A stretch of DNA of 63,449 bases, counting the filler, from Reclinomonas americana ATCC 50394 (lineage: Eukaryota): the NCBI GenBank assembly GCA_048213135.1. It is 5 parts of 3 records of this genome, joined end to end, with 100 filler letters (N's around TTAATTAATTAA, not from the genome) between each part and the next. Parts side by side here need not be neighbours in the genome. Positions count along the whole stretch, not along the records: positions 1 to 23,531 come from PS015051.1; positions 23,632 to 51,198 come from PS015051.1; 3 more parts are not named here. One strand, given 5' to 3'. The translations under genes and the position numbers were made by a program. Positions 12,690 through 23,751 of the stretch are shown here, one piece after another; positions within the stretch are counted from its first letter, which is position 1, and each line of letters starts with the position of its first letter. The notes under the pieces are model-generated. The model made no database searches. It was not told the origin of the DNA and was given only the letters and a program-made list of their open reading frames with translations.

Positions 12690-14774
12690 ATGTCGGCCGA
12701 CGAGGTGGCGGAGCTGAAGGCCCTCATGGACGCCCTCCTTGTCCCTGCATCGCTGCCTCGAGACGAACGCTCGCGAGGGGCGTATGGTCTCAAGTTGGCG
12801 ATGGCGAAGGTCAACAGCGTGGCGAGGATGATCGTCAAGGTGCTGTTTGTTTCTCTCTCTCTCTCTCTCTGTGCATGTGTGTGCATGCGCAAGTGTTGGC
12901 GCGTCTAGATCTGTCAGGTTCACTCCTTGTCATGAATCCTTTGTGGACCATTCCTCCCCTCCCTCTCCCTTTCTCACTCTCTCGTCTCTCTCGCACACAC
13001 GCACACGCACATACAGCCTTGCTACTGCATGCAGTGCCTTTTTTTGTGCATGTGCCCTTTTTTGGACTCTCACACGCCCTCTTTTTCTCTTGCTCTCTCT
13101 CTCTCTCTGTTGATGTTGTCGCGTGCAATCATCTGCTTCCTTGTTGGCCTCCCTGATGTGCTGCACATGCGTCCTCTCTCTGGCATTCGCGACATGTGAT
13201 CGAGAGAGACCTGCCATTTGCCACATACAGAGAGAGGGAGGGAGAGAGAGTGAATGAGCGAGTGCACTCTGTTTGTGGCGACCCTATTGTCGCATGCGTC
13301 CTTGTGGTGCTCTCTCAGCTAATCTATGTTTCTTTCCTCCTCCATCCCCTCTCCTCTTCAATCCCTCCCCTCCTCAATCCGCCTTCTCCTTCTCCTCCTT
13401 CTNNNNNNNNNNNNNNNNNNNNTCCTCCTCCTCCTCCTCCTCCTCCTCCTCCTCCTCCTCCTCCTCCTCCTCCTCCTCCTCCTCCTCCTCCTCCTCCTCC
13501 TCCTCCTCCTCCTCCTCCTCCTCCTCCTCCTCCTCCTCCTCCTCCTCCTCCTCCTCCTCGATTTCCTCCCCTCTTCAATCTTCGTCTTCCTCCTCTTCCT
13601 TAGTAATCCTTTCGTCCTCTCCTTGTTCTTCCACTCTCGATCACTTGTCCTTCCCTTTCCTTCTCCCCCCGGCCCCCTCTCACTTGTCCCTGCCCGCCGC
13701 TATGCACAGATCCGACAGCTGCGCATTGTGCCCACGCGTACGGGGCCGGGGAGCACTTACGCCCAGCTATTGGGTTTCTCTGGTCGACGTGAACCGGTGC
13801 CCGGAGAGGTGCCCAGCACCGGCCGTGTACGCAGTCTGAGCGACAGGCGGTACATTCCATCGGAACTCGCTATGCGCTCTGGCATCTCGCTTCTCGCTCG
13901 CGACAGCGACTCCAAGCGTCAGCAACGCGCACGCATTGGTCTGTCTGCCGACTACGATATCGAATCCGAGCCGAGCGAGGACGCGGTGCGCAGTTTCTTG
14001 ACCAACTTCCCCCCTGTTGCGATAAGTTAGTGCAGCAGGGGAGGAGGGAGGTCAGGGGACTGTGCGTTGCGTTCCTTGCTTCGGCACCGGTGACGAGCGT
14101 ATGTCGGCGGGTGGATCAGGGAGTGGCGTGGCGATGGAGGAGGGAGGGCATGAGGAGGATGAGGACGAGGATTGGGAGGATGATGAGGAGGACTGGGAGG
14201 ATAAGGAGGAGGATGCGGATAAGGAGGAGGCGGATGAGGAGGAGGAGGATGAGGACGAGGATGAGGAAGATGAGGAGGAGGACGAGGATGAGGACGAGGA
14301 TAGGGACGAGGAGGAGGAGGANNNNNNNNNNNNNNNNNNNNNNNNNNNNNNNNNNNNNNNNNNNNNNNNNNNNNNNNNNNNNNNNNNNNNNNNNNNNNNN
14401 NNNNNNNNNNNNNNNNNNNNNNNNNNNNGGAGGAGGAGGACGAGACTGAGGAGGGTGAGATGGAGGTGGATCAGGTGGAGCCCTATGGCGGCAGCCTTGC
14501 AGATCTTTTCCCACGCCGGTATGGCCATGCCCATTCCGACGACAGCCGTTATCCGATCCGAAGCCTCCGCCGCTCACCGAAGCGGTTCGCTGGCCCTACT
14601 CCGCGCTGGAGTAACGGCTTCATTTCGCCCTTGAATGAGCGGGGCTCGCCCTTCGATGATGACGACGACGAGATGCTGTCGCCTGCAATGCTGCTGAAAC
14701 AGCTTCCCGACCAGATCATGTGGGTCTCGATTGCGTCTAATATTCCACTGTTTGAGGGTAGCGAGGCGTGGTGA
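12690..14774 (+). CDS. Hypothetical spliced protein with a long acidic (D/E) tract
   Basis: Coding-like exons 12690-12839 (AAG|GTGCTG), 13710 to approx. 13990 (CAG|ATC), and approx. 14036-14774 with a D/E-rich run. A gap lies inside; no recognised domain. Confidence 0.4.
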
Positions 14775-14965
14775 TTAGGAAGATTGTGAATGGCAGTGTG
14801 TGTGCTGCAACCGTGCGGTAATATTAAGCCTCCGTTTGCAAGCTGAATGAATTCTCCATCCAATTTTTTCATGTAGAAACTCACAACACACATTCCCTCC
14901 TCCTTCGACCATCACCCTGCACGGTACGCCGCAAGAGGATCCGCTCCTCACGACAAACGTGCCCT

Positions 14966-16356
14966 CTACCGGCGTGGCGGACCGCCACGGCCACCTCGGA
15001 AACCACCGCCTCCGCGACCACCACGGCCGCCACGACCACCACGTGCTCCTCGTCCACGGCCACCGCCTGTGTGATGGGGAAGAGGGATGAGGGTGAGGGG
15101 AGAGGGAGCGAGGGAGTGAGGGAGAGAGGGAGAGGGAGAAATCATTGAGCAGGGCACTGTGAACGAAACATGTGAGAGAAGCCTCTCTAGCCACGTACAA
15201 CAGTGACACGCAAGAAGAGGACAATGACGAAGCAAGCGATGCAAGATGTGGAATGGCGACAGAAAGACAGAGAAAGAAAGAGAGACGACATGCGCGATGC
15301 GTGAGATGAAAACGAAGCACAACAGGCTTCAGAGAAAAGAAGAAATGGTAACGAGGTCGAACGGTGTGTGCAATTCGAGAACGGACGAAGATTAAACGAC
15401 GCGAAAACACTGCAAGAGGATGCATGATAGCAACCAGCTCGACAAGAGCGCGAGCTTGAGTGAAGAGAGAGAGAAAGTACGATATCAACATCGCAAACAG
15501 ATAGCAACGCGAGAAAGACTCGAGGCCACAAGNNNNNNNNNNNNNNNNNNNNATGCACAAAGGGAGGAGTGTGCTCAGTGGACATGGCCGACATGACACG
15601 CGCACTTTTTTGTGACACACACAGGGAGAGGGAGGCGGAGGGGAGGGAAAGGGAGGGAAAGGCGTGCTCTCTCGTGCGCAACTCTCACGATGTGCGCGAA
15701 GAGTGGCAAAAATGACAATGAGGCCAATTGCACAATGACATGCAAGTGGTGACTGCCGCGTCGTGCATGCTCTTTCACTTGCGCTCTCTCTCTCTCTCTC
15801 ACACACACACAAACACACACAAACACACAGTGCGCGTATGTGCATGCACGCAACGAGCGCGCACGTGTGAGTCCAATTGAAGTGTGCACACAAAAGTGAC
15901 TTTCACACGCACAAGCATTCTCTCTTGTGCGCGCACACGCTCTCTCTCTCTCTCACACACAAACACACACACATACACACTCACACAGTGCATGAACGCA
16001 AGAAGCGCACACGTGAGCCAATTGCACAAAAGTGACTTTCACATGCACAAGCGTTCTTGCGCGCGTACACACACACTCTCTCTCTCTCACACACACACGT
16101 ACACTATGTGCGCGTTGAATGCACGCAAGGAGCGCGCACACGTGAGCCCAGTTGAACACAAAAGTGACTTTCACGTGCACAAACGTTCTCACTTGCGCGC
16201 GCGTTCACGAATACTCTCCCTCTCTCTCACACAGACACACGCACACACACACACTCACTCTCTCACACTGTGCACGCACGCAAGGAGTGCGGACGAGAGA
16301 GCCCAATGCACAAAAGTGACTTCAGCCTCGCTCACTCACGCACGCGCGCGCACACG

Positions 16357-16391
<35 letters not shown>

Positions 16392-17004
16392 TTACTCACT
16401 ATGTACACGTGTGCGCACATGTGTGCATCGTGGCACGAGTCATTACAACGTCGACCACACACACAAAGACATGCAAATTGCAAGTGCGCGCTCTTCTCAC
16501 TCACTCTCACACGCACGCGCGCTCTTTGCCTATGTGTGTGCGTGAGTAAGAGAGAGAGAGAGAGAGAAAGAGTGTCTATGCACAGTGAGACAATCGTCTG
16601 AGAGGCAACATGCAGCAAGACATGCATGCGCGTTGTGCTGTCTCACTGCTGCTGTTTGCTTGCTCTCAGTCTCTGTGTGTGTCTCTGTGCGCAGATGCAT
16701 GTGTGTGCGTCTCTCTCTCTCTCAGTGTGCAAGAGTGTGTAACTCACCAACAATCGTTCCATGCACAGTGGTGCCGTTCTTCAGCTCCAGCGTGACTGTC
16801 TCGTTGGACAGCTTCATCAAAAACCTGTGAGTGAGTGAGATGAGTGAGTGAGCACATGAAGAGAGAGAGACAGTGAGAGAAAGAAGAGAGAGACATGTCA
16901 CACTAGACGCTCACTGCAAAACCGTGCGCATGTATGTGTCTGTCTATGTACAGGTGAGCGCGTGTCTGTGTGAGTGTGAGCGAGACGCACCGCACGAGCT
17001 TCAT
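14966..17004 (-). CDS. SNRPD1: Small nuclear ribonucleoprotein Sm D1
   Basis: Exon 1 (17004-16991) plus exon 2 (16824-16748) give [31 protein letters not shown], the conserved SmD1 N-terminus. The last exon (15066-14966) encodes the RG tail [13 protein letters not shown]. Middle exons were not found and may lie in the gap at 15533-15552. Confidence 0.88.
15840..16330. repeat. About four degenerate 130-150 bp tandem units in the SmD1 intron
   Basis: CACAAAAGTGACTT(T)CA recurs at approx. 15890, 16025, 16157 and 16309. Each copy is preceded by a GCACGCAA-like block; CACGTGAG occurs in the first three. Confidence 0.75.
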
Positions 17005-17106
17005 TTGTCGCGTGTTTGTGTCAAGAGTGCGTGTGCAGTGCGTGGACAATGGTGTGTGGGACGGTGGGATTGCATTGATTGTTTCGGTTTCTTCGTGCGT
17101 GAGAGA

Positions 17107-17786
17107 ATGGGGTGGATTTCGCTTGTGTTGACGGTGATTATCACGGCGGCGTCGACGAGGTATACGCTGCGGACGGTGGATCGTGTGAAGGTGTGAGAGG
17201 GGAGGAGAAGGGGTGGAGGAGAGGGGGAGAAGGGGAAGGGGTAGAGAAGGGGGTGGAGAAGGGGAGGAGAAGGGGAGGAGAGGGGGAGGAGAGGGGGAGG
17301 AGAGGGGAAGGAGAAGGGGGTAGAGAAGGGGAGAAGAGGGGGAGAAGAGGGGGAGGAGAGAGAGAGAAATGGGAGACACACGCACAGTGAGAGAGAGAGA
17401 ATATGGCGAAGACAGCTGCAGTCACCGAGAAGGATCAAGAAGAGAAGGAAGCAAGGGAGACGCTAACAGTCAGAGAGAGTGGGAGAGTGATTGAGACAGC
17501 TACAGAAACAGAGAAGGAAGTGAAGCAAAACATGCAGTCAGCGAGAGAGAGAGAGAGAGGACCAAAGACAAAGAGAGAGACTGAGAAAGCTGCAGCCACA
17601 GAGAAGGATCAAGAAGAGAGAGACTTGCAGTCCGAGAGAGAGAGAGGGAGAGAGAGAAGAGAGAGTGACTGAGACAGCTGCAGACAGAGCAGGATCAGGA
17701 AGTTTAGCAAGAGCAGTCAGCAAGAGAGGGAGAGAGGAGAGAGAGAGAGAGAGAGAGAGAGAAAGATCAAGAACAGAGAGACTTGC

Positions 17787-17820
<34 letters not shown>

Positions 17821-19531
17821 NNNNNNNNNNNNNNNNNNNNNNNNNNNNNNNNNNNNNNNNNNNNNNNNNNNNNNNNNNNNNNNNNNNNNNNNNNNNNNNN
17901 NNNNNNNNNNNNNNNNNNNNNNNNNNNNNNNNNNNNNNNNNNNNNNNNNNNNNNNNNNNNNNNNNNNNNNNNNNNNNNNNNNNNNNNNNNNNNNNNNNNN
18001 NNNNNNNNNNNNNNNNNNNNNNNNNNNNNNNNNNNNNNNNNNNNNNNNNNNNNNNNNNNNNNNNNNNNNNNNNNNNNNNNNNNNNNNNNNNNNNNNNNNN
18101 NNNNNNNNNNNNNNNNNNNNNNNNNNNNNNNNNNNNNNNNNNNNNNNNNNNNNNNNNNNNNNNNNNNNNNNNNNNNNNNNNNNNNNNNNNNNNNNNNNNN
18201 NNNNNNNNNNNNNNNNNNNNNNNNNNNNNNNNNNNNNNNNNNNNNNNNNNNNNNNNNNNNNNNNNNNNNNNNNNNNNNNNNNNNNNNNNNNNNNNNNNNN
18301 NNNNNNNNNNNNNNNNNNNNNNNNNNNNNNNNNNNNNNNNNNNNNNNNNNNNNNNNNNNNNNNNNNNNNNNNNNNNNNNNNNNNNNNNNNNNNNNNNNNN
18401 NNNNNNNNNNNNNNNNNNNNNNNNNNNNNNNNNNNNNNNNNNNNNNNNNNNNNNNNNNNNNNNNNNNNNNNNNNNNNNNNNNNNNNNNNNNNNNNNNNNN
18501 NNNNNNNNNNNNNNNNNNNNNNNNNNNNNNNNNNNNNNNNNNNNNNNNNNNNNNNNNNNNNNNNNNNNNNNNNNNNNNNNNNNNNNNNNNNNNNNNNNNN
18601 NNNNNNNNNNNNNNNNNNNNNNNNNNNNNNNNNNNNNNNNNNNNNNNNNNNNNNNNNNNNNNNNNNNNNNNNNNNNNNNNNNNNNNNNNNNNNNNNNNNN
18701 NNNNNNNNNNNNNNNNNNNNNNNNNNNNNNNNNNNNNNNNNNNNNNNNNNNNNNNNNNNNNNNNNNNNNNNNNNNNNNNNNNNNTCTCTCGTACACGCGC
18801 TGACTTGCTTCTGCACTGTCTCTCCCTCTCTCCTCTCTCTCTCTCTCTCTCCCTTCTCCCCCTCACCCCTTCCCCTCACCACAGGAAAAATACCTGGCCT
18901 CCCCCCTGACAATCGTTCGCGCTCTGCTCGGGTTCCCCGTTCGCGCTGGTTCGTCTCCACCCCTCTCCCTCTCCCTTTCACCGCTCACGCCCCATCACAG
19001 CAATCAAAGACCGCAGCTCGTCGTCGGCCCCTTCGACCACGACGGAGGTGTTGAGTTGCGTGACCACTCTCTGCGCAATGATCATGCACGTATGTAACGA
19101 TTTGCTCTTTCCAGACGCCGCTTCGAGCCGCTTGCTGAACATGGCCGAGCGAGTCACTCGTCGTTGCGTTTCTCTTCACCCTATCCCTTCAATGGCGCGT
19201 GCACTCACCGCGAGCAGGCGTGGAGGAGACACTGCAGTCGCGTCCTTCTCCCACCATCACCGGTGCTGCCTCTGTCGCACCGCGCGTGGTTATCGAGGAA
19301 GTGGACGATGATGACGATGTCGAGGAGGAGGAGGAGGTGATTGTGCGGAGACAGCAGCCCGTGGCGGCGGCGGCGCCACCGAGTGTGAATGTGGGCGCGC
19401 TGTTTGCACGCCTGCGCGACTTTGTCACGGCGGACGATTTGGTGCCGCCAGTGCCGCGGGGGTCGCAGCGGCCGCCGCCGGCGAGGGGGGTGGTGGATGG
19501 GAGTGCCATTCCGTCGTTGCGGAGGAGGTGA
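17107..19531 (+). CDS. Hypothetical protein with N-terminal hydrophobic segment, divergent from SmD1
   Basis: Putative exon 1 MGWISLVLTVIITAAST..VK|GTGTGA. After the gap, frame-consistent exons 18885-18914, 19001-19054, 19115-19162 and 19218-19531 (GKIPGLPPDNPIKDR..RVVIEEVDDDD..). The link across the gap is inferred. Confidence 0.5.
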
Positions 19532-20007
19532 TTGAGAAGGGGGAAGGGGGAAAGGGTGGGGAAGGTAAAGGGCATGTGTGTTAGAAAGGGGCGTTTTTTG
19601 TGCGATGAGATGTGTGTACTTAGGAAGAGGTGCAAGTGTTTGGGATGCGGCGAGTTACTGGGAAGAATGTGCACGTATCTGGAAAGCGAAGAAGAGGTGC
19701 CTGTGTATGTGGGAATGGCGCGTAGCTGGGAAGCGGGGCATGCGAATTTGAAGAGCGGCGCTTATTGCGGGAAGACGGGACTGCGTATTTCGGAAGCTGT
19801 GCGTACGTTAGGGAGAGATGCTTGTGAATTTGGGATGTGGGAAACGGAGCGCATACACGAAGAGGTGCAGGTGGCTATCTCTTGTGTGCTTGCCGATGTG
19901 AACCTGCCGAGTGATATCTCCACTGGAGCGATATCTGCCCCCGTTGTGATTTCCTCACCTCCCCAGAAGCGAGTTCACGCAAGCAGTCACTTCGCCATTC
20001 ATGGCAC

Positions 20008-22131
20008 TTACATTCTCATAAACACATGGAGGAACGCAAAAGAGATGTTGCAAGCGATGCCAGTGAGGATGCCCATTTTCATGCGGTGCGACACACTGCG
20101 GTGGAAGATCTGCGCCGGAGGAGGTGAGCGCGACGTAGGAGAAGGGAAGGAGAAAGAAGACGCACCCACAGCAGCATGAAAAAGTTGAGCAGAAATCCCA
20201 ACACAATGCCAAAGAAGAGGTCCTTTTGTGAGCCGTACAGAGTGCGCGGTGAGGCGCTGCTGGCCATTTGTTGTTCCTCTCGGATGCGCTGGAGGCGTTG
20301 GGCCATCGGGTGGGCTGCAGAAAGGGAAAGGGCGGGGGTGAAGGAGAAGGGAGGGGAAGGGAGAAGAGAGAGGGGAAGAGGAGCAGCAACCGTGTGAGTA
20401 GAGGAGGGACGAGAGGAATACATAAGGAACAGGAGGAGACAATATTTGCAGCTGACGAACAGAAAGGATGTCGACTGAGAATGGAGGGTCAATGATATCC
20501 ATCTCCAGATAGAGCATCGGATGATGAGAGAGGAAGAAGTACGCAACAGGAGGAGACTGTATTTGCAGCTGACGAACAGAGCAAGTAAAGGAAGGATGTC
20601 TACTGAGAGAAAATGGAGGAGGGTCAATGATATCCATCTCCAGATGGAGCATCGAGATAAACATGGATGCAGCAAGAACGATAGTGTGGAAACGATGGCC
20701 GCAGGATATCAAAGAGGACCATCCGAAGCGGGACAAAAAACGAGGAACAGGGAGAGAGGGAGAGAGCACGATGCAAGATTATGAGTGTGGAGGATTACAG
20801 AAGAGAGACAACAATGGAAATAAAAGCGAGAAGCGTGAGAAACAGAGAGTGGTGAATAACTTAACGCAGAGGTGAGCGACAAAGGCAAGGCGAGGAGAAG
20901 CGTCCGAGTTGAGGATGTGGCATTGGACTGTAGAATAATGTGACGCAACTGAGGCGAGATCTCGCGTCACTGTTGGCACCGTTGCTGCCGCCAGACTCAA
21001 TGTCGGCGTTGGAGAACCATTGTTCCTCGATTTCCAGGAGCCATGGGCTCACCTGTGATCAAGGAAAGAGATGAGAGCGGGAGACGAGAGAAAGGAAGGA
21101 GTCTGGATCAATGGATCATTGTCGGCCGCTCACTTACACCAGTCTTCTCTCAATCCTCTTTCCCTCCTCGCCTCTCTCTCTCTCCATTTCCCCTCCTCCT
21201 CCCCCACTCACCGGCCCTCCACTATACACTGGCCTCCCATGAAAGCGTATCCTCGTCGCCAACACCTCCGCCGGCGTCGATCCATAGTCGAGCAGGCGAT
21301 CCAGGCCACGCGGCCCTACATTCTCCCTCTGTTGCTGCTGCTGTTGCTGACCAGCGGCCGGTGCTGGTGGTGGTGGAGGCGCATCAGACACAGCGCAGTG
21401 CAGTGCCTGGCCCTCGCGCACGCCAGTTGCCGCGAGTGTGTCGTGATCTGAGGCGCCACCGCGGAGGATGCGGCCGTTGAGGATCACGCGGAGGTGTTTG
21501 GTGGGTGGGAGAGAGGCGGCGAGGCGGATCTGTGGGGGAAGGAGAAGGGAGGAAGAAGGAGAAGGGAGAATGGGGTGAGGGAGGAGAAGGGAGGAGAAGG
21601 GGGGTGAGTGGGAGAAAGAGAAGGGAGAAGGGAGTGAGGGATGAAGAAGAGAGCGAGTGAAGGGAGAAGGGGGTGAGGGAGAATGAGAAGGGAGAAGAGG
21701 GAGAAGGGAGGAGAAGGAGAAGGGGGAGACGGAGACAAGAGGAGGGACGACCGAGAGCAGCATGAGGAGAGAAGAGTGAGGAAGAGAGGAAGAAGAGACT
21801 GAGAGAGAGAGAGAGAGAGTGAGAGTGAGAGTGAGAGTGAGAGAGAAGAGAAGAAAGGAGAAGAAGCGGGAGCATGGGTAGAATGAGAGTGAGTGAGGAG
21901 GAGAGAAAGAACTGAGAGATAGAAAGCAACAAGAGGAGAGAAGAGGGAAGATAGAGAGTGAGTGGAGAAGGGAGGGTGATAGGGGAGAAGCACAGCAAGT
22001 GAGAGACAGAGAGGCGAGGCAGGGACTGAGCGGAGGGAGAGAGTGAGAGAGAGCAGACAACTGTCACATTTCTCTCTTCCTCTCGTCCTCGAATACCTTC
22101 TCTCTCGCACACATGCACACATGTACACTCA

Positions 22132-22207
<76 letters not shown>

Positions 22208-22359
22208 TCACTCTTCCTCCCTTCCCTCCCTTCCCTCTCCCTCTCTCACGCAACTGCTTCAATCAGATCATTCACACTATCTCTCTGCAGCACCACTTCA
22301 ACAGTCACTGTTGCTCCAGTCGACAAGTGCACAGTGAGCGCGCAAGTCGCCGCACTCAT
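20008..22359 (-). CDS. DSC3: DSC3-like (DUF2407) ubiquitin-like-domain membrane protein
   Basis: Spliced UBL domain MSAATCALTVHLSTG..DSVNDLIEA|IRLAASLPPTKHLRVILNGRIL..LHCAVSD; PRGLDRLLDYG..EV..IRFH; LEIEEQWF; C-terminal TM helices DLFFGIVLGFLLNFFMLLW..MKMGILTGIACN. Five exons; exon 1 is 22359-22255. Confidence 0.8.
20430..20660. repeat. Approx. 115 bp direct duplication inside a DSC3 intron
   Basis: TATTTGCAGCTGACGAACAGA..GGGTCAATGATATCCATCTCCAGAT..AGCATCG occurs twice. Confidence 0.75.
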
Positions 22360-23473
22360 TCTTTCAATAGGACAGTTTTCGGCAATGACTCAGCTGGTTT
22401 TGGCGCGCTCAAGCTCGAAGAGAAGTGAATGGCAGCTGTGGAGAGCAAGTGCGCTGTAAGTTCACGTATGCTTGGGCCTTGCAGCGGAGAAGCCGATGTT
22501 TACGTGCAACAGAACCGATTTATCGATATCGATCGCTGCGCAATATCGGCACTGCACGTTGAAAGCTCCAAGAGACACTCACAGCAAAAGCCTACGACTC
22601 CCAGGTACTGCTGTGCTTGGTGGGTATGCCAGATGCTGCGCGCTGGAGACTGAATTCAAATTCGAACTGCTCTTGCAATATTGTCGTCCTCGCAGCTGCT
22701 GTTCTGCAGCTGCGTTCTCTTTCGTAATTCGTCAGCAAGTCCTGCTTTCCAGCCACCACGTTATGTGAGAACTCACCACTTGAGTTGGCCTTGCAATGTG
22801 AATGGGAATTCGAATTGCAATCTCGATATTGTCGTCCATGCATTCACTGTTCTGCAACTGCGTTTTCTTTCTCACGCCTCAGCAATACACTACTTGAGCT
22901 GAGCTGCTAAAAATATAAGAGTCCACCACTTGACTTGGCCTTTCTATGTGCTTGGGAATTCGAACTGCAATTTCGTCATTGTCGTCCTTGCATGCAGGCG
23001 CTGCTCGGTAATTTCGCTTTGCTTCACAATTCGTCAGTACACCCTCCTAATTAGCTGCTACATGATGCGAAAACTCACCACTCGACTTTGTATTTCTTCG
23101 TGCCCGAAACCTGATATTGATCACGGAATCGATTTGCAGTTGCTGAACCTTGCAGGCGCTGCTTTGTAATTACGCTTTTTTATGTCGCCCTCGCTAATAC
23201 TTCACACTCAACTACTCAGCGGCAAGCGCGACTTTGCCATCGTGGACATTTCCATGCGATGACTCACGACGATCTGTCCATGTACGTTGATTGTGGTGTG
23301 ATTTTTGAGGTGAAGTCACATGGCAGCTGCGGCCTCGAATGTGCTGCGAGTGCCTGCGCGGTTGTATCAACAACGAGAGCGCGTGGTGGTTCCTGATCCG
23401 TTGAAGAAGAAGGGTGAGGCAAACAGAGAGAGGGAGAGAGAGAGAGGAGGGAAGGGGGAAGGGGTGAGGAGGA

Positions 23474-23519
<46 letters not shown>

Positions 23520-23531
23520 ACGACTAGTGCG

Positions 23532-23631
23532 NNNNNNNNNNNNNNNNNNNNNNNNNNNNNNNNNNNNNNNNNNNNTTAATTAATTAANNNNNNNNNNNNN
23601 NNNNNNNNNNNNNNNNNNNNNNNNNNNNNNN
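23532..23631. other. Artificial contig linker (N-TTAATTAATTAA-N); also at approx. 51243, 59221 and 60899
   Basis: Identical six-frame-stop 12-mer embedded in runs of N at four places. Confidence 0.95.
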
Positions 23632-23751
23632 TGCAGCATCGACATGAACCAAGGATGGTCGAGGGTAAAAGACACGACACAGTCAGACGATGAACGGACC
23701 GGACAGCAAACCACGCTGCAGGTACCAGAACAGCAGAAAGGTCATCGCAAC

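Noticed and set aside
23576-23587. TTAATTAATTAA palindrome repeated four times in the window
   Set aside because: Always embedded in N runs; it is a synthetic six-frame-stop contig spacer, not biology. Adjacency across it is not evidence of linkage.
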